A stretch of 63,994 nt of DNA, counting the filler, from Dimargaris cristalligena (Eukaryota): assembly GCA_003614675.1 (NCBI GenBank). It is 3 parts of 3 records of this genome, joined end to end, with 100 filler letters (N's around TTAATTAATTAA, not from the genome) between each part and the next. Parts side by side here need not be neighbours in the genome. Positions count along the whole stretch, not along the records: positions 22,177 to 44,229 come from ML002643.1; 2 more parts are not named here. The stretch is one strand, 5' to 3'. Position 1 is the stretch's first letter. The number at the start of each line of letters is the position of its first letter. Below are positions 25,160 through 38,346 of this stretch, one piece after another. The position numbers were made by a program, and so were the translations under genes. The notes beneath the pieces were generated by a model. It did no database searches and was not told the origin of the DNA. It was given only the letters and a program-made list of their open reading frames with translations.

Positions 25160-26775
25160 CTACTCCAGAACAACGGTAGCACCCAGGGCTTCCAAAGTCT
25201 TCTTAATCTTCTCCGCCTCCTCCTTGGAGGCACTTTCCTTGATGACCTTGGGGGCACCCTCGACGAACTTCTTGGCCTCCACCAGGTTAATGTTGGGGAT
25301 CATGCCCTTGATTTCGCGGATGACCTTGGCCTTGCTGGCCGCGTCGAAGGCTTCCAACTTGACCTTGAACTCGGTCTTCTCGGGGGCCTTTTCCTGTTAT
25401 GGGCGGTGTGTACATTATGGGTCGGGTATACACGTAGAGGATTAATGAGTGGGTCGATCAGTAAGGGTGGCGGGTTTTCAGTTAAACGAGTATAGATTAG
25501 AATGTAATAGTAATTTAATAAACACAAAAAAACAACCTCCGTGTCTAGCCAGAAGAAGACTAGGGGTATAGGTCCCAGAGTAGTGCCAATAAACCAATCG
25601 ATCACTTACCTCAGCAGCTGGTGCACTCGAGGCGGCGGTGGAGGCAGCGGCGGCCATCATGGGAACACCCATGTCCTTAATATTGAAGCGAGCCTGGGGA
25701 AGGGGAGGGTCGGGGTGGGGTGGTGATAAATCAGGTAGAATAGTTGAAGGGGAAGTGAGTAGAGTAAATAACTGACACCCAGTTCAGATAGATAGGTGGG
25801 AGAGGAGGCGAATGGTCGAAAGACCGGAGGGTAGCGGGATTCTAAACGACTTTTGAACCATACCTTAAGCAAATCGACCAGGTCGGCCGTTTCCAACAGA
25901 GTCAGCTTCTCGATTTCGCCCACAATCGACTTTAGCTTATCCTGGGACCCGGCAGCACGCACGACGGGGATGTCTAGCGGGGTGACGTCGGCGGCGGGGG
26001 TCGATGCCGATTCGGAAGCGGGGGCGGCCATGCGGCTGTAGAGAGCACTGGAGAAGCCCCGGGACTGGACCAGACTCATGCTATGGGAACGGAGCAGCGT
26101 AAATTAAACCGATCAACCAATCAACATATTTATCCATAAATACATTCATTATTGAGTTAGTTCTAATCCCAAGCATCCATGCCATACCATATTCTTACAT
26201 TCTAAATCAGAGTCGACGGGGGACTGCTAAACATTAGGAGGTGTATGTGGGGTTTGGTGGACTGACGGGGGAAATCGCCCCAAATCCCCCCCATATCTGC
26301 TCTCTCCACAGCGGTAATGTTCAACGTAGGGGAAGAGAAGCCCAGAAACTTACCGAGTCTTGGACACAGCCAGAGTAGTCTGGGTGAGCTTAGTGAAGGC
26401 GGGGCGGATCTACACGTTCGAGTGGGCAGGGTGGTATATATATATGTAACAGTTAATATAATATACAATACAAACGCGGTGAGTAGAGGGGGTGGGGAAT
26501 CGTGCAACTAATCGAAACCCGGCGACATTGGTCCGGAACTACCCCCTCGTGATCCCATTTGAAGGTCTCACATTCCCGGAGATCTTCTCTGGACCAGAAC
26601 TAACGCTTAGAAACTGGGGGATCGTGGTCGAGTGGTGGACAAGTCCGCTTTGGAAGGAGTGGAGGAGGGATTCACATAAGAGATCACACACACACACACA
26701 GCTCACTTGAGTTGGAGGTGATCAAACTAGGCGAACATGAAATGGAGGGGATTCGTCTCTCCACACACCTACCAT
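25160..26775 (-). CDS. MRPL12: Mitochondrial ribosomal protein L7/L12 (bL12m); exons 26775-26773 (ATG only), 26409-26354, 26080-25864, 25693-25610, 25393-25160
   Basis: LTLLETADLVDLLK, EKTEFKVKLEAFD..KAKVIREIK, NLVEAKKFVE and LEALGATVVLE. The spliced N-terminus MIRPAFTKLTQTTLAVSKTRMSLVQSRGFSS is a typical presequence. Confidence 0.9.
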
Positions 26776-27566
26776 TGTGAATAGTGGGGATGTCTATGGG
26801 GGAGATGGAGGTGAATCAACCGGGGGGGATCAAGCAATGGCAAAAATAAACCCGAAAGGAGCGTGGTTTTTTAAATTAGACGAGTAGGTAGGTAAGGTAA
26901 AATAGCTAGGCCAATTGTTCTGGATCAAGGGAAGGGGTGGTTGTCTCCCAGTATGGACCACTACTGCTGACTGAGTCGGAGCGCTCAGACGGATCCATTC
27001 CCAACCCATGCATGTGCTTGGTAGATCCGGAGATTGGCTGTTCACAAGTTTCCCCACTTTCGCTTCTTGGGTGGCCCCCGAACAGCACCAATAGCAGAGC
27101 GGGGCAACTTCTTTAATAATGGCCCAACCAAAATATCCCACTCCGGTCGATTTGATCTATTACACCGCGGCCAATACTTCAAATTACAATGCTATTAAGT
27201 CACTCCCAGCAGACATGTTCCATTTATATATAATAGGGCCCTCATATTAATGCTCCCCACAGGTTCCATTTCACCTGAAAACAGAGTTTTTACAAGGGTC
27301 GGGTGACGATTACGGTTTATTGATGGACCAACAGCCAGAGTATCCACAAGGTGTATCAAATTACACTCAACTCGACCTACTTAACTTTCACCACCCACCC
27401 CCTCTCGCCTACGCTTAACAGCGGTCCACTATAAACTGCTACCTTGGCTTAGGGACGAGGGACTATAGCGGTGGTGGTGAAGAGCCAAAAAGGAAGCATA
27501 CCGTCTTGGATAGGAGTGTACAGCGACGGATATGTGCCACGGGGCGGAGGAAGGGAAAGGGTGGGG

Positions 27567-27567
<1 letters not shown>

Positions 27568-27601
<34 letters not shown>
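27568..27601. repeat. (TA)17 microsatellite
   Basis: Read directly from the sequence. Shorter (TA)n runs are common throughout the window. Confidence 0.9.
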
Positions 27602-27603
<2 letters not shown>

Positions 27604-27814
27604 TACATATATAGATATAAGTTTGTGCGTGAACGAGAGAGGGGGAGAGTCGGGGTAGGAAAGAAACAAATACCATCCCTATGGGATATACAAGTCACCG
27701 CCGATTGTTGATAAATAAAGCCAAAAAGTAGTAATAATAATAATAGGGGTGACGATGAAGAGATGCAGCGAAGGGCACCGAATTGCCAAAGATGGGGGAA
27801 ATGAATCGATTACT

Positions 27815-30800
27815 TTACAACAGTTCAGTATCCTCTAGATACTGATACTCAAACCTGTACATACGGGGAAGAGAGATCATTAGGCATGGGGGGGGATATA
27901 ATGGGTTCATGAGGTTTAGTAATGTGGGGATTTCATACTGAAATAAGGGCTGCAATATTACCAATACAAGGGGTACTAAGATGGGCGGGAGGACAGACCC
28001 ACCTCACCCCGTATACCACCTAGCCCACCGGCTAAAAACTGTTACTTACTTGAAATCGGATTTTTGCCGCGGGCACCAGCCACCTTCATAGTCGAAAAAC
28101 ACATAAGTGCCAATCTCGTACTCGTCGGTTGTGAGTTTGGGCTTCTCATGTCGCTGGAACCATGTGAGGTACCGCTTGTGGAAGCGCCAGGACTGTCGCT
28201 GCAGTTCCTGAGCCGCCAGATAGCTGGGGGTTTGAAAGTGTGGGGGTGGTGATAATAGAGTACATAGAATATGATTATAAGTGGGTGCGTAATGATCAGT
28301 TAAAGCAAAAAGAAATAAATAGGGTCTAGACTACAATGTATGACAACCAACGTGCACTAAATACGCCCCCCCTTGGATACACTTAACCGGTTAGACATAG
28401 AATGGCCGTCAACTTACTGCTGGTAGGTATCCTGCTGATAGTAGAATATGAAGAACAGGGTATCGAGATTGAAGTTACTGGCCATGGCCGGTCCATCGAA
28501 AATGGGCAAAGGCACTTGGGGGTAGTACGATGGTGTAGCCGCGGGGGTTTGGGGGACGTACTGCCGGGGCTTCTCCGAGTCGGCCAAATCCGGCAGACAC
28601 TGGAAACTCGTCTCCGTCATTTGGGCCTTGAAATGGGGGTCAGAATTCCAACTCTGGTTGCCGGGGGCCTCTTCCAGAGACTGCAATAGATCACCGAAAG
28701 CAGCCCCTAGGTCCTGGTGCTTAAAGTAATCCAGTGGGGGGTAAGAGGCGTCCGCCGCTGACGTGGTCGTGGCCGTTGTCGAGGTCGTTGATGCCGACAT
28801 CGTATGGGTAGCAGGTCCGGGTAAACTGACTGGTGGGGGCCGGGCAATTCCTAAGGGAGTCGACGCCGCCGTGGGGGTCGGTGGTACCGAAGCGTCCATG
28901 GACCCGGACCGGCCCATCGTGTCCATGGAAACGGAGGCCTCCCGGGAAGGTAGCGCCGAAGAGGCGGACTGGGAGATGGTACTACCGGTATGGCTGACCG
29001 CAGACGACATGGGACTACGTAGGTCCGTAATGGATGGTGATGGCATATTGGCCACCACCGGGGTAGCCGGCTGACTCGTGGTGCTGGATGGTGGTAATGA
29101 CGAAGAGACGACCGAAGAGTAGGGCTGAGGGGCCGTGGCCGAGGTGGGGGTGGTGGGCATTGGGACCACGGGGGTTGAAGCCACGAGTTTGGCCAATTTG
29201 GCCGCAGCATTGGTGTTGGCGGCCCAGGCATTGGTTTCGGGTTTGGATACCGTATCCGATTTGGTCGAGGGCCGGGTGTCAAGGGAAGCGGAACTGGTCC
29301 CGGTTTTGGCGGGGGAGCTGGCGGTGGTACTACCCAGGGGAACGGTGCTCGTCCGTTTAGCGGGGAAGGCTGTTGAAGCGGTGGTGGTCTTAACTCCGAC
29401 TAATTTAATAGTAGACCGACCCGTCGTACCGGTGGTGGTAATGGGGGTAGGGGCCGGAGTCTCCGGGATTGGTGGTTCAGCGATCTTAGGAGAACTCTTG
29501 GCACTGGCGGGCTGATCGGGTGTAGAGGGCTCCTTTTCCTTGGACTTGATGGGTCTTTCCTCCTCCTGCTCGTGGGCATTTGGACCCATGTAGTATTCAT
29601 CGTTAAGTCCGAATTCGTCAACGTCGCTAAGTCCTAGGTCGTCATAGATACCTTCATCCTCTTCAAAGTCATCGTCCTGGCTACAGTCCACGTAGTACTG
29701 GACATCTTCTTGGATCTCGGTTATCTGGGGATTGGAGGGATGGGGGGAGTGGGAACGGGGATGGGTGTGATAGCAGGAAGGGAGGGGGTTAATGAATTAA
29801 TAATATGAGGCGACCCGCTGAGCAGGAATGATAATAATAATGATCGGAGGGATGTATTAAATAATACGGGCGAGATGCCCGGTAAACACCGAAAGCCTAA
29901 TTAAGCTCTAATGGGGCAGGGTAATCATTTGAGAGCCACTTATATAAGAAAAATAGTGGAATGGGACCACCCATCCAGTAACATGGAGGGGTGAAAGTAT
30001 TTGGAGAAGGGGGGAAGCACACGCACTACACTTACCTCGTCAGGCTCGATCCGCCCGTTTTCCATTGACCGGAGCATCAGTTCTAACCGCTGAATGTGCC
30101 ACTTATGCCGGTCGACTTGCCGTTCGATCCCTTTTATCCGGGAGGCCTTATTCGAGTCCTTCTTGCCTTTTTTCGGACCGGTGGATAGACCTTCGGCCTC
30201 GGCCTCCAAGATATCGATTTGAGTGTTGAGCTGGTCGACGATGGACGAGATCCAATTACTGACTTCGAGCTTGGCCTTCTCCTTGGGATCCAGTTTCGCG
30301 GTCTGACTTAGGCCCTCTTTCGAATAGGCCTTGGTCTTCATTTCCTTTTCGCAGGCCTTGAAGGTTTCCATCTTCTTTTCGATCATTTTCCGGTTCTCAA
30401 TCAGCTCGCGCTTGTCCTTGATTTCATTGGAGGCGATCCAGGTCTTGATCTGGTCCCGGTGCCGTTGGAGCTTCTTGATTTCTTTTTTAAGGTCCTGCTC
30501 GTACTTTTCCTTCTGGTTGATGTTCGGCGTCGACTGAAGATTATCGAAGATATCCTCGAATGACTCTATGCCTTCGGCAACCCGTTTGACGAGCTTGTCA
30601 ATCTCGCCTGATGGGCCAGGCGGGCGGGGAGTATTGGAAGGGTTACAAAATATAAGACGGAAGGAGGAATAGTCCATAATACACCAAGAATTAAACCAGA
30701 GACCAGGTCAGTACAACGGGTAGTAGGTGTATGGGCGACGGAGGGCGGGGTTAATGGTAAGGAATAGGGGGATGTACTCGACTGCCGAGTAGAGAGGAGG

Positions 30801-31031
30801 TGGGTGAACTCTAGATTAGAGGGCATTTCGATTTTGACTTGGCCTGGACCAGCCGTGATAGAAATGGACAGGCCTTCCAGATGAGACTATTTCAATCCGG
30901 GGTGCATTCTTGCTCTAGAAGGTAGGTAGGTAGGTAAGGTGTATACGGCGTGGAGCGGTGTTACTGGCCAACGATTACCCCACCAAGGCAGTGGACATGA
31001 ACACCCTACCTTGTAATTTCCGACCGGACAT
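27815..31031 (-). CDS. NOT3: CCR4-NOT subunit Not3/Not5; exons 31031-31010, 30607-30036, 29724-28418, 28223-28050, 27854-27815
   Basis: [51 protein letters not shown], and the NOT box [35 protein letters not shown]. Confidence 0.95.
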
Positions 31032-32554
31032 TGCGAAAGGTATGGAGGGTTCGTCAAGATCAGAGTAGCGGGGGTGGGGTAAGAAAGGACTGGAGAGATT
31101 CAGGTAGTTTGAGGTAGTAGATGAGGGTTGTAATAAACAGAAATGAGTTCGACTAGATGAGCGTATAAAAAAGGAGGGATGAGCAGCAATGGCTTGAATT
31201 GGCGGTGTAGACTAGTCGCGGATGAGCAGGGGAGTTGGAGTAAGTGAGTGGTTGGCTGTTCTACTACTACACCCACTTAGGTAGAGTAGTACAGCGGTGT
31301 GTTGGTGTGGGTAAGCGGGCGGGACTGGTGTTATGTGCACACACGCCCGTTACGGTTCAGGTTCCCTTTCTCTTCCTTCCCTTCTTCCTCTTTACCTTGT
31401 TGGCCTTAGCCTTCGGCTTAAAGCGAGCCATAGACGACGGGACTATACGGCTGCGTTTCTCCTCTTTGGTCTATTTATAGTATTGAAGCCGGAAAGGGTA
31501 GTTAGTGCCATTATTCCAACCGGTGACTAGTATTCCGCCTGACTAATTATTGGGTTAGTTAGTCACCTCCTTATTAATGGTAGTAGCGACCCTCCCTAAT
31601 GGCTGGGTATGATATTCTTTTGGGTAAATTCTTCAATCTCACCTTGCTATTAGTGAGAAAGGGGAAGGGAGTAGCTTCCACTATAATAACGGGCCAGGCT
31701 GCACCGCCACGTCTATAACTTGAGTCACATGACACCACCGGTTCATATCCCCCACCTTGAATAACTTTTTCTACTGCTTTATTGGCTTGTATAATAAATA
31801 ATACCGCCTCCCCGTCCATTATATACCAAATCCCCCTTCTACAATGGTTTTTTACTAATTAATTTCCGGGACTTTTGTGGTGGATAAAATAATATAAACC
31901 GAAGCCAGGCGCGGCATTGCCTTTGTCATTCCCAGTGAGGAAAGAGGTGTAAGGCCGGCGCATCTGGACCCTGGCTCCACGAGTGTATGGATCGAACGCG
32001 AAGAGACGTCCTTGCAGTCTCTCTCTCTCATTCCCACCCCGTCAAGGCCAGAAAAGTGTGCTTTCCTCCTCTTCCTCTCCTGAATGTCGGTTGCCCTGCC
32101 TTAACCTACTTGGGTAATTGTTCTTGGATAGAATGGTGGCCAGCATAGCATTGCCCGCCATAGGGCCTATTATTCGCCATCCGTTATCTTCTTCTCTCCG
32201 CGTTGACTATTTCCATACCGGGAAGCGCGACAGACGGATGATGTGGTGGAACCTTCCCTCAGGAACAATGGGTCCCACCCGGGTGCACTGACTTACTTAA
32301 TTATCTATCGACCTGCCTAGGTATTTGTCTACCTACTTACTTAATCACTTACTTATGTATCTACGTACCTGCCTTTGGCCCCTGGTGGAATTCGACCTGG
32401 CACTAAGCCCGCTGCTGGTCGGGGTAATGTACGCTAATTGAAGGATGATATGGTCACCCGGTCCGTGGAAGGTCCAAATGCGCTCTTTTGCTCGGGACTA
32501 CGCCCCATTATTATTCGCCTTCCAAACCACTTGCCATCGTATGGTTTGGGAATA

Positions 32555-32578
32555 TGTGTGTGTGTGTGTGTGTGTGTG
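32555..32578. repeat. (TG)12 microsatellite
   Basis: Read directly from the sequence. Confidence 0.9.
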
Positions 32579-34377
32579 GGAATGGCACCCGGGAGGATGA
32601 CCCCCACACCCATTCCCCAATATCGCCATAGTCGATGGATTCGCAATGTTTGCGAGAACCGTAACTGAATGGCCTACCAACCCCCTGGTCGATACCGATG
32701 GCCCAGCAGGGTCGCCGGGCCTCCATATAGTCAGCCGGGAGGGTGTGTTTATTACTGCTTGCTCACGTTCGTGGCCCTAACATAGCCAACAGTCGCCGGC
32801 CATGGGGTTTAGCTGTCATTTGCTGGCCATATATAGCGGTTAGAAGGATGTGTGCTGTGATGTGGTGGTGATCTTATGGAGAGGGCCTATAAAAATTAAA
32901 CCACTCGGGTAGATGTCTAAATCAATTCAATTCAATGTAAAGAAATAGGGCGGTTTAGTAAGCACCCGGCCGTAGGTAGGCCTGGCTATTTCTAAAGCGA
33001 AGAAATTAAACACCTGCATCGAGCCCCTCTTCTTCCTTCTTCATTGTTCGCCGTTAGCGCGTTCTTCCCAATTGGATCCCCAGGTAGGTTCATAATTGAT
33101 TGGTTTTGCCGTACCATACCATACCATACTATACTATATTTGATTTTGCTTTATTTGACGTAGAAGTTAAACCCAGTGCGAATGACGAAGGCGTGTGTGC
33201 CTATCCGCGCCTGCGTCGACTTCGGGCTGATTGATTAATTAGTGGACCAATTAGTTAGTTAGTCAGTTAGTTAGCTAGTTAGTCGGATAATGACCCTGAA
33301 TGAATTAAGTCCACGATGATTCCATCGCTGGGGTGGGGATGGACCGCCAAAGTGGAATTATCCATCAGCAATACCATCTGTTCTTCATTCCTTCGCTCGC
33401 CTACAAGTGTCGCATCTGGTGGGGTCTTCCAACCTTTGGCTTTGCATGGCCCTATTCTAGCCAGATTCGTTGCGTGGTGAAAGCACAGCCGAAGTCCCAC
33501 GACCCGGAAGGCTGCAGTCAGTGTATAGGTCTTGTGGCTTGGTGTTAAAAAGACCGACGACGCCGGAGGGGTCTTTTATCTGCCTCGTCTTTCTTGGTCC
33601 TGACCAGCTGTGTTTAGCTTAGCTCCTTCTCTTGCCTTTTATTGTCCGGCAGCCCTCCCTCTTTCCTCCTTCTTCCTTCCTATTTTCCTACGTTCACTCC
33701 TTCCCTCCTCTCGTATTTCACTTCTTTCATTTCCCCTTGAACTCACCTTATTGGTCTCTTCGATTATCTTCCGTCCTTTCGTTCACTTTAGCTTCAACAA
33801 CGACGGCCAGTGTCGTTTAGTTTATTGTTGCGCACGTATGTTCGTTGTGGCCCTTGTGGTCGCCGCCAACCCACTTTCTTATCAATCAAGGTGTCACCCC
33901 TTCGTATTTCCGGCTGTATTGGATTTATAGACCACTATTGCTCATTATTCCTTCTTTCAGCAAGCATTTATATATAGGTATTCCGTTTGGGCGGCTCCAT
34001 TGCTTATCTTGCACACCAGCCTTTCCCCCCAACCATTTTACATCTTTCAGGGTTTGTACTACACCCCTGGACCCGCGTTTCTTTTAATGGTATATTGGAT
34101 GCGCCTAGGAATCCAGGCCAGTATCCCCGGCTCGTTTCTTAATTTAGTGTCCATTCCGTCGAATTCACGTATATACATTTACAATAATACATCGATATAT
34201 CTATATATATCTCTATATCTATATATATATATAGATAATATATATAAATAGGTACCTAACTGCCTGGTGACCACCAACCTAAACAGACCCCACCGTTTAC
34301 CTATTTCGTCATCGCCGTGTATTTTACCCCCCGCCCTATTCCTTCTTCTATCATCGATTGAACCCTGCCCTCCAACC

Positions 34378-36042
34378 ATGTTCCAGGACCGTTACTACCG
34401 AACCGACAGGGGGGTATCCACCTCGGACCCCCTGGACCTCCGGTCTGGGTTCGCCCATTCCCTGTTTGAGCCCATGGCCGCGGCTGCCGCTGCCGCCACC
34501 GCCTTTTCCATTCCCATTACCATTCACTCCAGCAGTAGTAGTAGTAGTAGCAGCAGCGGCAGTCGACCTTCTAGTTCCAGTAGTCGCACGTCGTCTCCCG
34601 CTCCTAGAGAGTTCCCCTACCGTCCCCAGAACTATAGTCGCAGTAGTAGTCGGGACCGTAGTCGAAGCCGGAGTCGGAGTCCCAGTCCTAGTCCCTTCTT
34701 CGCCCGAAACAGTCCTAGCCCTAGTCCCTCCTCATTCGGCGGTCCCTCCTTTTTCTCCCGCTCCCCCTATGGTCAACCCAGCACCACCAGCGGCAGCAGT
34801 AGCTGGCGTCACGTAAGCGAGGCGGTGGAATCGGCGGCTGAAGACGAAGCCGGCGACTCCCAAACGAACCAGTTCCGATTCGGAACCTTTAACCACAGGA
34901 GTCGCTGGACCCCCTCGGACCAAGACAATGACAACCATGGGGTCGGTAGCATTCACCGGCCGCAAGCCCGGGCCGCCACTTCCGCCGCGCTCCGGTCCTA
35001 CTTGGGTCTCGACGACGACGACGCTTCCTCCCCCGAGGACGACCACGACCATGACAGTACGCCCCCCGCCCCCCTCGGTCGCCAGGACTTTGACCAATTC
35101 CAGGAATTATTCCGCAAACACTTCGATATGCGTCCACCATTAAGTCGTCCCACCTCACCCTCCCCTCACTCAATCTACCGGCAATCCTCCTCTTCGACGT
35201 CTTCGGCCGCGTCCTCGCCCCCGACGTCGACCACGAACCAACCCATTTTAAGGTCCTGGTTTCCCTCCGAACCCGAACCGGAACCGTACACCGTCAACGG
35301 CCGCCACCCGAACGGAACGGCCTACGGCGAACATTGGTTCCCCAATTCCCCCGTCCCGGTCCGTAACGATACCGACCTTAGTGACAGCGAAGATGGGATC
35401 GTCCACTTTAGGGTACCCCAGCTCAAGACCGTTACTCCGCCCAACTCGTCCCAATCCACTTCTTCGTACCGGTCCGGCGAGAAGTCCTACAGCATCGACG
35501 GCGGCCACAAATACCCACTCATCTATGTACCCTGGCGGAACCGGTACCTCGCCCGCCGGGTGGCGGTCAGCAACGGCAGTTGTCTGTTCCACGCCCTCGC
35601 TTTTGCCACCAAAAACCGCTACGGGCGCGCCCAGTCCCTGCGGCGCTACGTCTCCCGGTACATCGTCAAGTACCCCGACGTGTATTACGAAGCCGCCGCC
35701 GCATCCCCTACCCGCACCGCCGAGGAATACGCCGAACGAATTCTACATCCCCGCGAATGGGGCGGCGCTTTGGAAATCAGTATCCTGTCCCAATTATTCC
35801 AAATGGAAATCAAATCGCTCTATATTCACGACGGTCGCATCGATCACTACGGTGAACATATGGGCTATTCCGAAGTCGCTCTCCTCCTGTATACCGGTAG
35901 TCATTACGATGCCGTGGGTATGACCGACCATTTGGACGAGTCCTACGAAGATGATCAGACCGTGTTCCCCGTGGAAGACGGGTCGATCATAGCCGCCCTG
36001 CATAAACTCGGCGACAAAATTGTGGCGAGCAAGGCTGCATAA
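34378..36042 (+). CDS. OTU1/YOD1-like deubiquitinase domain behind a long Ser/Arg/Pro-rich disordered N-terminus, intronless
   Basis: SNGSCLFHALAF (Cys), EWGGALEISILS, RIDHYGE, LLYTGSHYDAV (His/Asp) and DQTVF. Confidence 0.85.
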   Translation: MFQDRYYRTDRGVSTSDPLDLRSGFAHSLFEPMAAAAAAATAFSIPITIHSSSSSSSSSSGSRPSSSSSRTSSPAPREFPYRPQNYSRSSSRDRSRSRSRSPSPSPFFARNSPSPSPSSFGGPSFFSRSPYGQPSTTSGSSSWRHVSEAVESAAEDEAGDSQTNQFRFGTFNHRSRWTPSDQDNDNHGVGSIHRPQARAATSAALRSYLGLDDDDASSPEDDHDHDSTPPAPLGRQDFDQFQELFRKHFDMRPPLSRPTSPSPHSIYRQSSSSTSSAASSPPTSTTNQPILRSWFPSEPEPEPYTVNGRHPNGTAYGEHWFPNSPVPVRNDTDLSDSEDGIVHFRVPQLKTVTPPNSSQSTSSYRSGEKSYSIDGGHKYPLIYVPWRNRYLARRVAVSNGSCLFHALAFATKNRYGRAQSLRRYVSRYIVKYPDVYYEAAAASPTRTAEEYAERILHPREWGGALEISILSQLFQMEIKSLYIHDGRIDHYGEHMGYSEVALLLYTGSHYDAVGMTDHLDESYEDDQTVFPVEDGSIIAALHKLGDKIVASKAA

Positions 36043-36656
36043 ACTCAACATCCTTAATAATTCCGGCTAGAAGTAGAGGGGCTAAGGTAGTCCACCCGGG
36101 ACGGGATGTACCCGCATTACTTTTAATGGAAAGGAGGAGGAGGAAGCCCGATATGGTTCCCATTCCCCCTCCCAACCGCGTTTCATACACCCCAACCCCC
36201 GATTTTTGATTCCTATGATTATCCTGGCATTCCGCTTTATTTCCTTCGCACCCTTGTACGCCCGGGGTTGATTGCGAGAGGGTTCTAGCATTAGACATTT
36301 CCATTCTTCGACTCGTCTTGTATTTGTATTTAAACCATATCCTATCCATATATATATATATATATATATATACCCCTTCTCTCACCCTCTGTCCTTATCT
36401 CACACGCCCGACCCACACACTTCTATTAGTTAGAAATCCTCAAAGTTAGTAGTAGTATTAGTAGTAGTAGTGGTGACCTTACTTTGTCCCAAAGTCTCCC
36501 AAACTGCTTTTAACTTAGTTCATATTGTGCATTTCTTAGAAATCCACCGTCTGTGTATCCCCCCCCCGCCCATTATTTGTTTATCTGTAACCAAGCAATA
36601 TATGTGCCTTTATTCTAGTATGTAAAACAACTAACAAAGTGGGACCACCCAACCAT

Positions 36657-38346
36657 TCATTGGGTTGACAACGCGTTCGAAGGATTGAGGGAGAGACGGT
36701 GGAGCATGGTGAAAAATAGATGGCACGGAAATCCAACCTATATGGGAGGGGATCAAATGGAAAGCGATCGTGGTAAACAAACCAACAGTGAAAGGTTAAA
36801 CGAGTTTTCTGTACCATATATCCGAAAGGGAAAAGGGGTTAGGGTAACAATTAACTATTCGTAAAATGTGGAAGAGGAGGAGATGATTGTCCCAATACCA
36901 TACCCCAACCAGCCTCACCAACCCACTTGAAATTAATTCTATTGTGATGCCCTCATACATTCATTGACCCCATGTATTAGTACTATCTATTCACGATATA
37001 TCAATATAAATATCAATAAACACACACACACATATATGTATATATATATGAACAGTAAAATGAGATTCGCCCTACTTACCACATTGTAATAATCGCCATT
37101 GATGCGGGAGATAAAAAAGGCCGCCAGACCCTGATAGCCGTAGGAACCCGCCTTATCCTGTGGTTCGCCGGTGTTCACGTACGCCTGGAGGGCTTCATCA
37201 GGAATGTGGGGATCAAACACGACTTCGGTCCGCTCTACCGCCCCGTAACAGAAGTATTGGCCCGGTTCTTGCGTGAACCAAGTACCCGGCGGTGAGCCGT
37301 CGTTAGCGGCTGCGAAGTCCGCTGGGAAGAAGGCAGGCGCTGGCAAACCGGTCGACGGGTGAGTGCCCAACAGGCAAATGGCCGTAATGACCTGGTGGGG
37401 TTGCCGGCCGTAGCTGCGCAGCGCGGCTAGGGCCTCTTCATCATCCCGGGGCTTTTCAAGTATAGTTTGGTCGGCGTAAACGACCGTATCGGCACCGATA
37501 ATTAAGTAGGGTTGATCGGTTTCCCGCTAATTAAGGGGCGGTTATTATGGGTTAAAATCAATCAATAAATGTTTATATATATATATATATATTAGTGCGG
37601 AAGCGACGCAGATGGGTAGATTAACCATGGTGCAAAACTCAGGTCAATAGGACCATATAGGCCTGAAGGGTTAGATAGATTCATCCTATAATATAGGCTA
37701 GCGATACCTCACCCCTCCCCTTCGTTTTCCTTCTCTCTCAGCAACTGCCTAGCCATTCATTAGCCAACCTTCCGACAGGATATACATATCGAGAAATCTG
37801 AACTTACCTTTCGAAGGCGGTGGTACACATCGAGCGCTTTTAGCTTGGCGTTTTCGCTCACATAGTCACCGGGATCAGCGAATTGGGATTTGTCGAGGTT
37901 CTCCGGAAATTCGCTCACCACCACCTCAAAGTCGATATCCTGAAGTCAACATTGTCGACCGGCGGGGCAAGAAAGCGGCGGTTAAAAGACCCCCCAGTGG
38001 TCGGGCAAAAAGGAAAGGACCGCCCAAGTGACAAGGTGCAGTTTGGTTAGTCTTTCTGCTTGGTGTTGAATGGGTAAAGTATACGTGGCGTAACGACAGA
38101 GGCCTATAGCACCCACCATCCCCCCCCCCTTCTTCCCACATTTGAGGCATTCAGCTCAGTCCATTTCAGTTCAATGGACCATAGCATGCCGCTTATAACA
38201 CAAAAAGTAATAGAGGCCACCACCAGCTACTATCGACTTACCAGATTGCGGAGAATGTCCTGACGACGGGGAGAGCCGGAGGCCAGTACAAACTGGTACT
38301 CGGTTTGCAACTTGGCCAGAAAAGGCACGGAAAAGGGAGAAGACAT
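36657..38346 (-). CDS. Maf-family nucleoside triphosphate pyrophosphatase (YhdE/ASMTL-Maf type); exons 38346-38242, 37939-37808, 37526-37080, 36737-36657
   Basis: VLASGSPRRQDIL, FPENLDKS, ENAKLKA, IIGADTVV..ILEKP, DKAGSYGYQG and GDYYNV|VGFP. Confidence 0.92.
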
